In this document: positions 63,148 to 64,000 of the stretch, one piece after another
Numbering within the stretch: the stretch's first letter is position 1
Layout of the letters: every line of letters begins with the position of its first letter
Assembly (NCBI GenBank): GCA_963764725.1
Contig: CAVXTM010000018.1
Coordinates: 544,001 to 608,000, forward strand
Length of the DNA stretch: 64,000 bases
Direction of reading: 5' to 3'
Source of the DNA: an uncultured Gammaproteobacteria bacterium
GTDB taxonomy: Bacteria > Pseudomonadota > Gammaproteobacteria > JACCXJ01
Notes under the pieces: model-generated
Database searches by the model: none
Told to the model about the DNA's origin: nothing
What the model saw: only the letters and a program-made list of their open reading frames with translations
Made by a program: the position numbers and the translations under genes

Positions 63148-63495
63148 ATGAAACGACCGCTATTCCCTATCGCTCTCAGCCTCAGCCTCGCTACTGTCCC
63201 CACCTTTGCTCAGAGGAAGCCGTGGCGGCCAACGCCGCCGGCAAAACTGTTCACTTGCATGGTTTTGCTCCTTTTACTATTCTCCTCTGAAACTGTGCTA
63301 GCAGATAGCTTCGTATGTGGCACGAAGATCATTCAGAGTGGGTTGAGGGTCGCACTTACCGAGTTTGAGGTGACCAGAGATTGTGGGGGCCCTGTTGCTG
63401 TGAGAGGGAATCAATGGATTTACGTGCAACCTGACAAGAGTTTAGTCATACTTGTGTTTAATGATGCGGGACTGACGGCCATTTTCAAGCGCTAA
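63148..63495 (+). CDS. Small exported protein, DUF2845-like C-terminal part
   Basis: RBS AAGGAG; ADSFVCG..II..G...EV...CG.P...WIY. Confidence 0.55.
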   Translation: MKRPLFPIALSLSLATVPTFAQRKPWRPTPPAKLFTCMVLLLLLFSSETVLADSFVCGTKIIQSGLRVALTEFEVTRDCGGPVAVRGNQWIYVQPDKSLVILVFNDAGLTAIFKR

Positions 63496-64000
63496 CTGTG
63501 GGTGCGGTTTTGGGGGACACCGCGCGTCAGGGTGAAAGGTGGACGTGATCGACCGGTATCGAGCTTGCGCGCCTAGATCGTTTCGTCCGCTTATCGATAT
63601 TTCGCTCGCCAACAGAAAGTGGAACCCAGCGACACAGCAATCATCCGGACCGTGACGTTTCGCTCTTGGGGTCCGCAATGAGCGCACTCCTCGCAGCTGC
63701 TCCAGCTTGGCTCATTCCGGCCTTTGGTGGCCACTCCGGCACACGGAGAGCTTGCTTGCCCACCGGTTCCGCGAAGTCCTGCTAGGCCAAGCCCTTGGCG
63801 CGTCGTTCGGGGAAGCACGTTGGGCAGAACTCCGAAGGTTTCTCCCCGTGGCGCGGCTCGATGTATTCGCCGCCACCGCACCGACCGCAAATGAAGTCTG
63901 TTAGCCACCCCCAGCCTCGATCGCTTGACCTTCTCCCACCAATGGCTGAAGCTATGGGGCCGGCCCGCTGCGCTGAGATGTTCCGGCAGGTAGGTGAGTT

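Overview
A GC-rich, probably gammaproteobacterial, accessory region with no CRISPR array and no intact integrase. The left ~7 kb holds two 158-bp direct repeats (554-711 and 6638-6795). Each is built like a tyrosine-integrase attachment junction: tandem GTTAGACAC arm-type sites, an IHF box and the 3' part of tRNA-Phe. Each is immediately preceded by a different type II toxin-antitoxin operon, which suggests a tandem array of integrase-less cassettes. The first unit contains an attC-like hairpin hit by a group IIC intron fragment and an ISL3 nested in an IS481-like element. The middle is a partly decayed hypoxia/stress-type island with FNR boxes. It carries DUF3141, an RbbA ABC efflux operon, PPK2, acnA, USPs, two GH65 enzymes, a P-type ATPase, a BON protein, ppsA and patatins. 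At 48.76 kb there is an unusual 71-nt tRNA-like element with a G3:U70 alanine-type acceptor stem, a CCA end, a perfect T-arm and no D-stem, lying behind a structured leader. The right part has a scrambled fluoride-riboswitch operon, a c-type cytochrome, oleate hydratase, transporters and IS91 debris. Many genes are frameshifted or survive only as short fragments. All family assignments are from motif recognition, not database searches.
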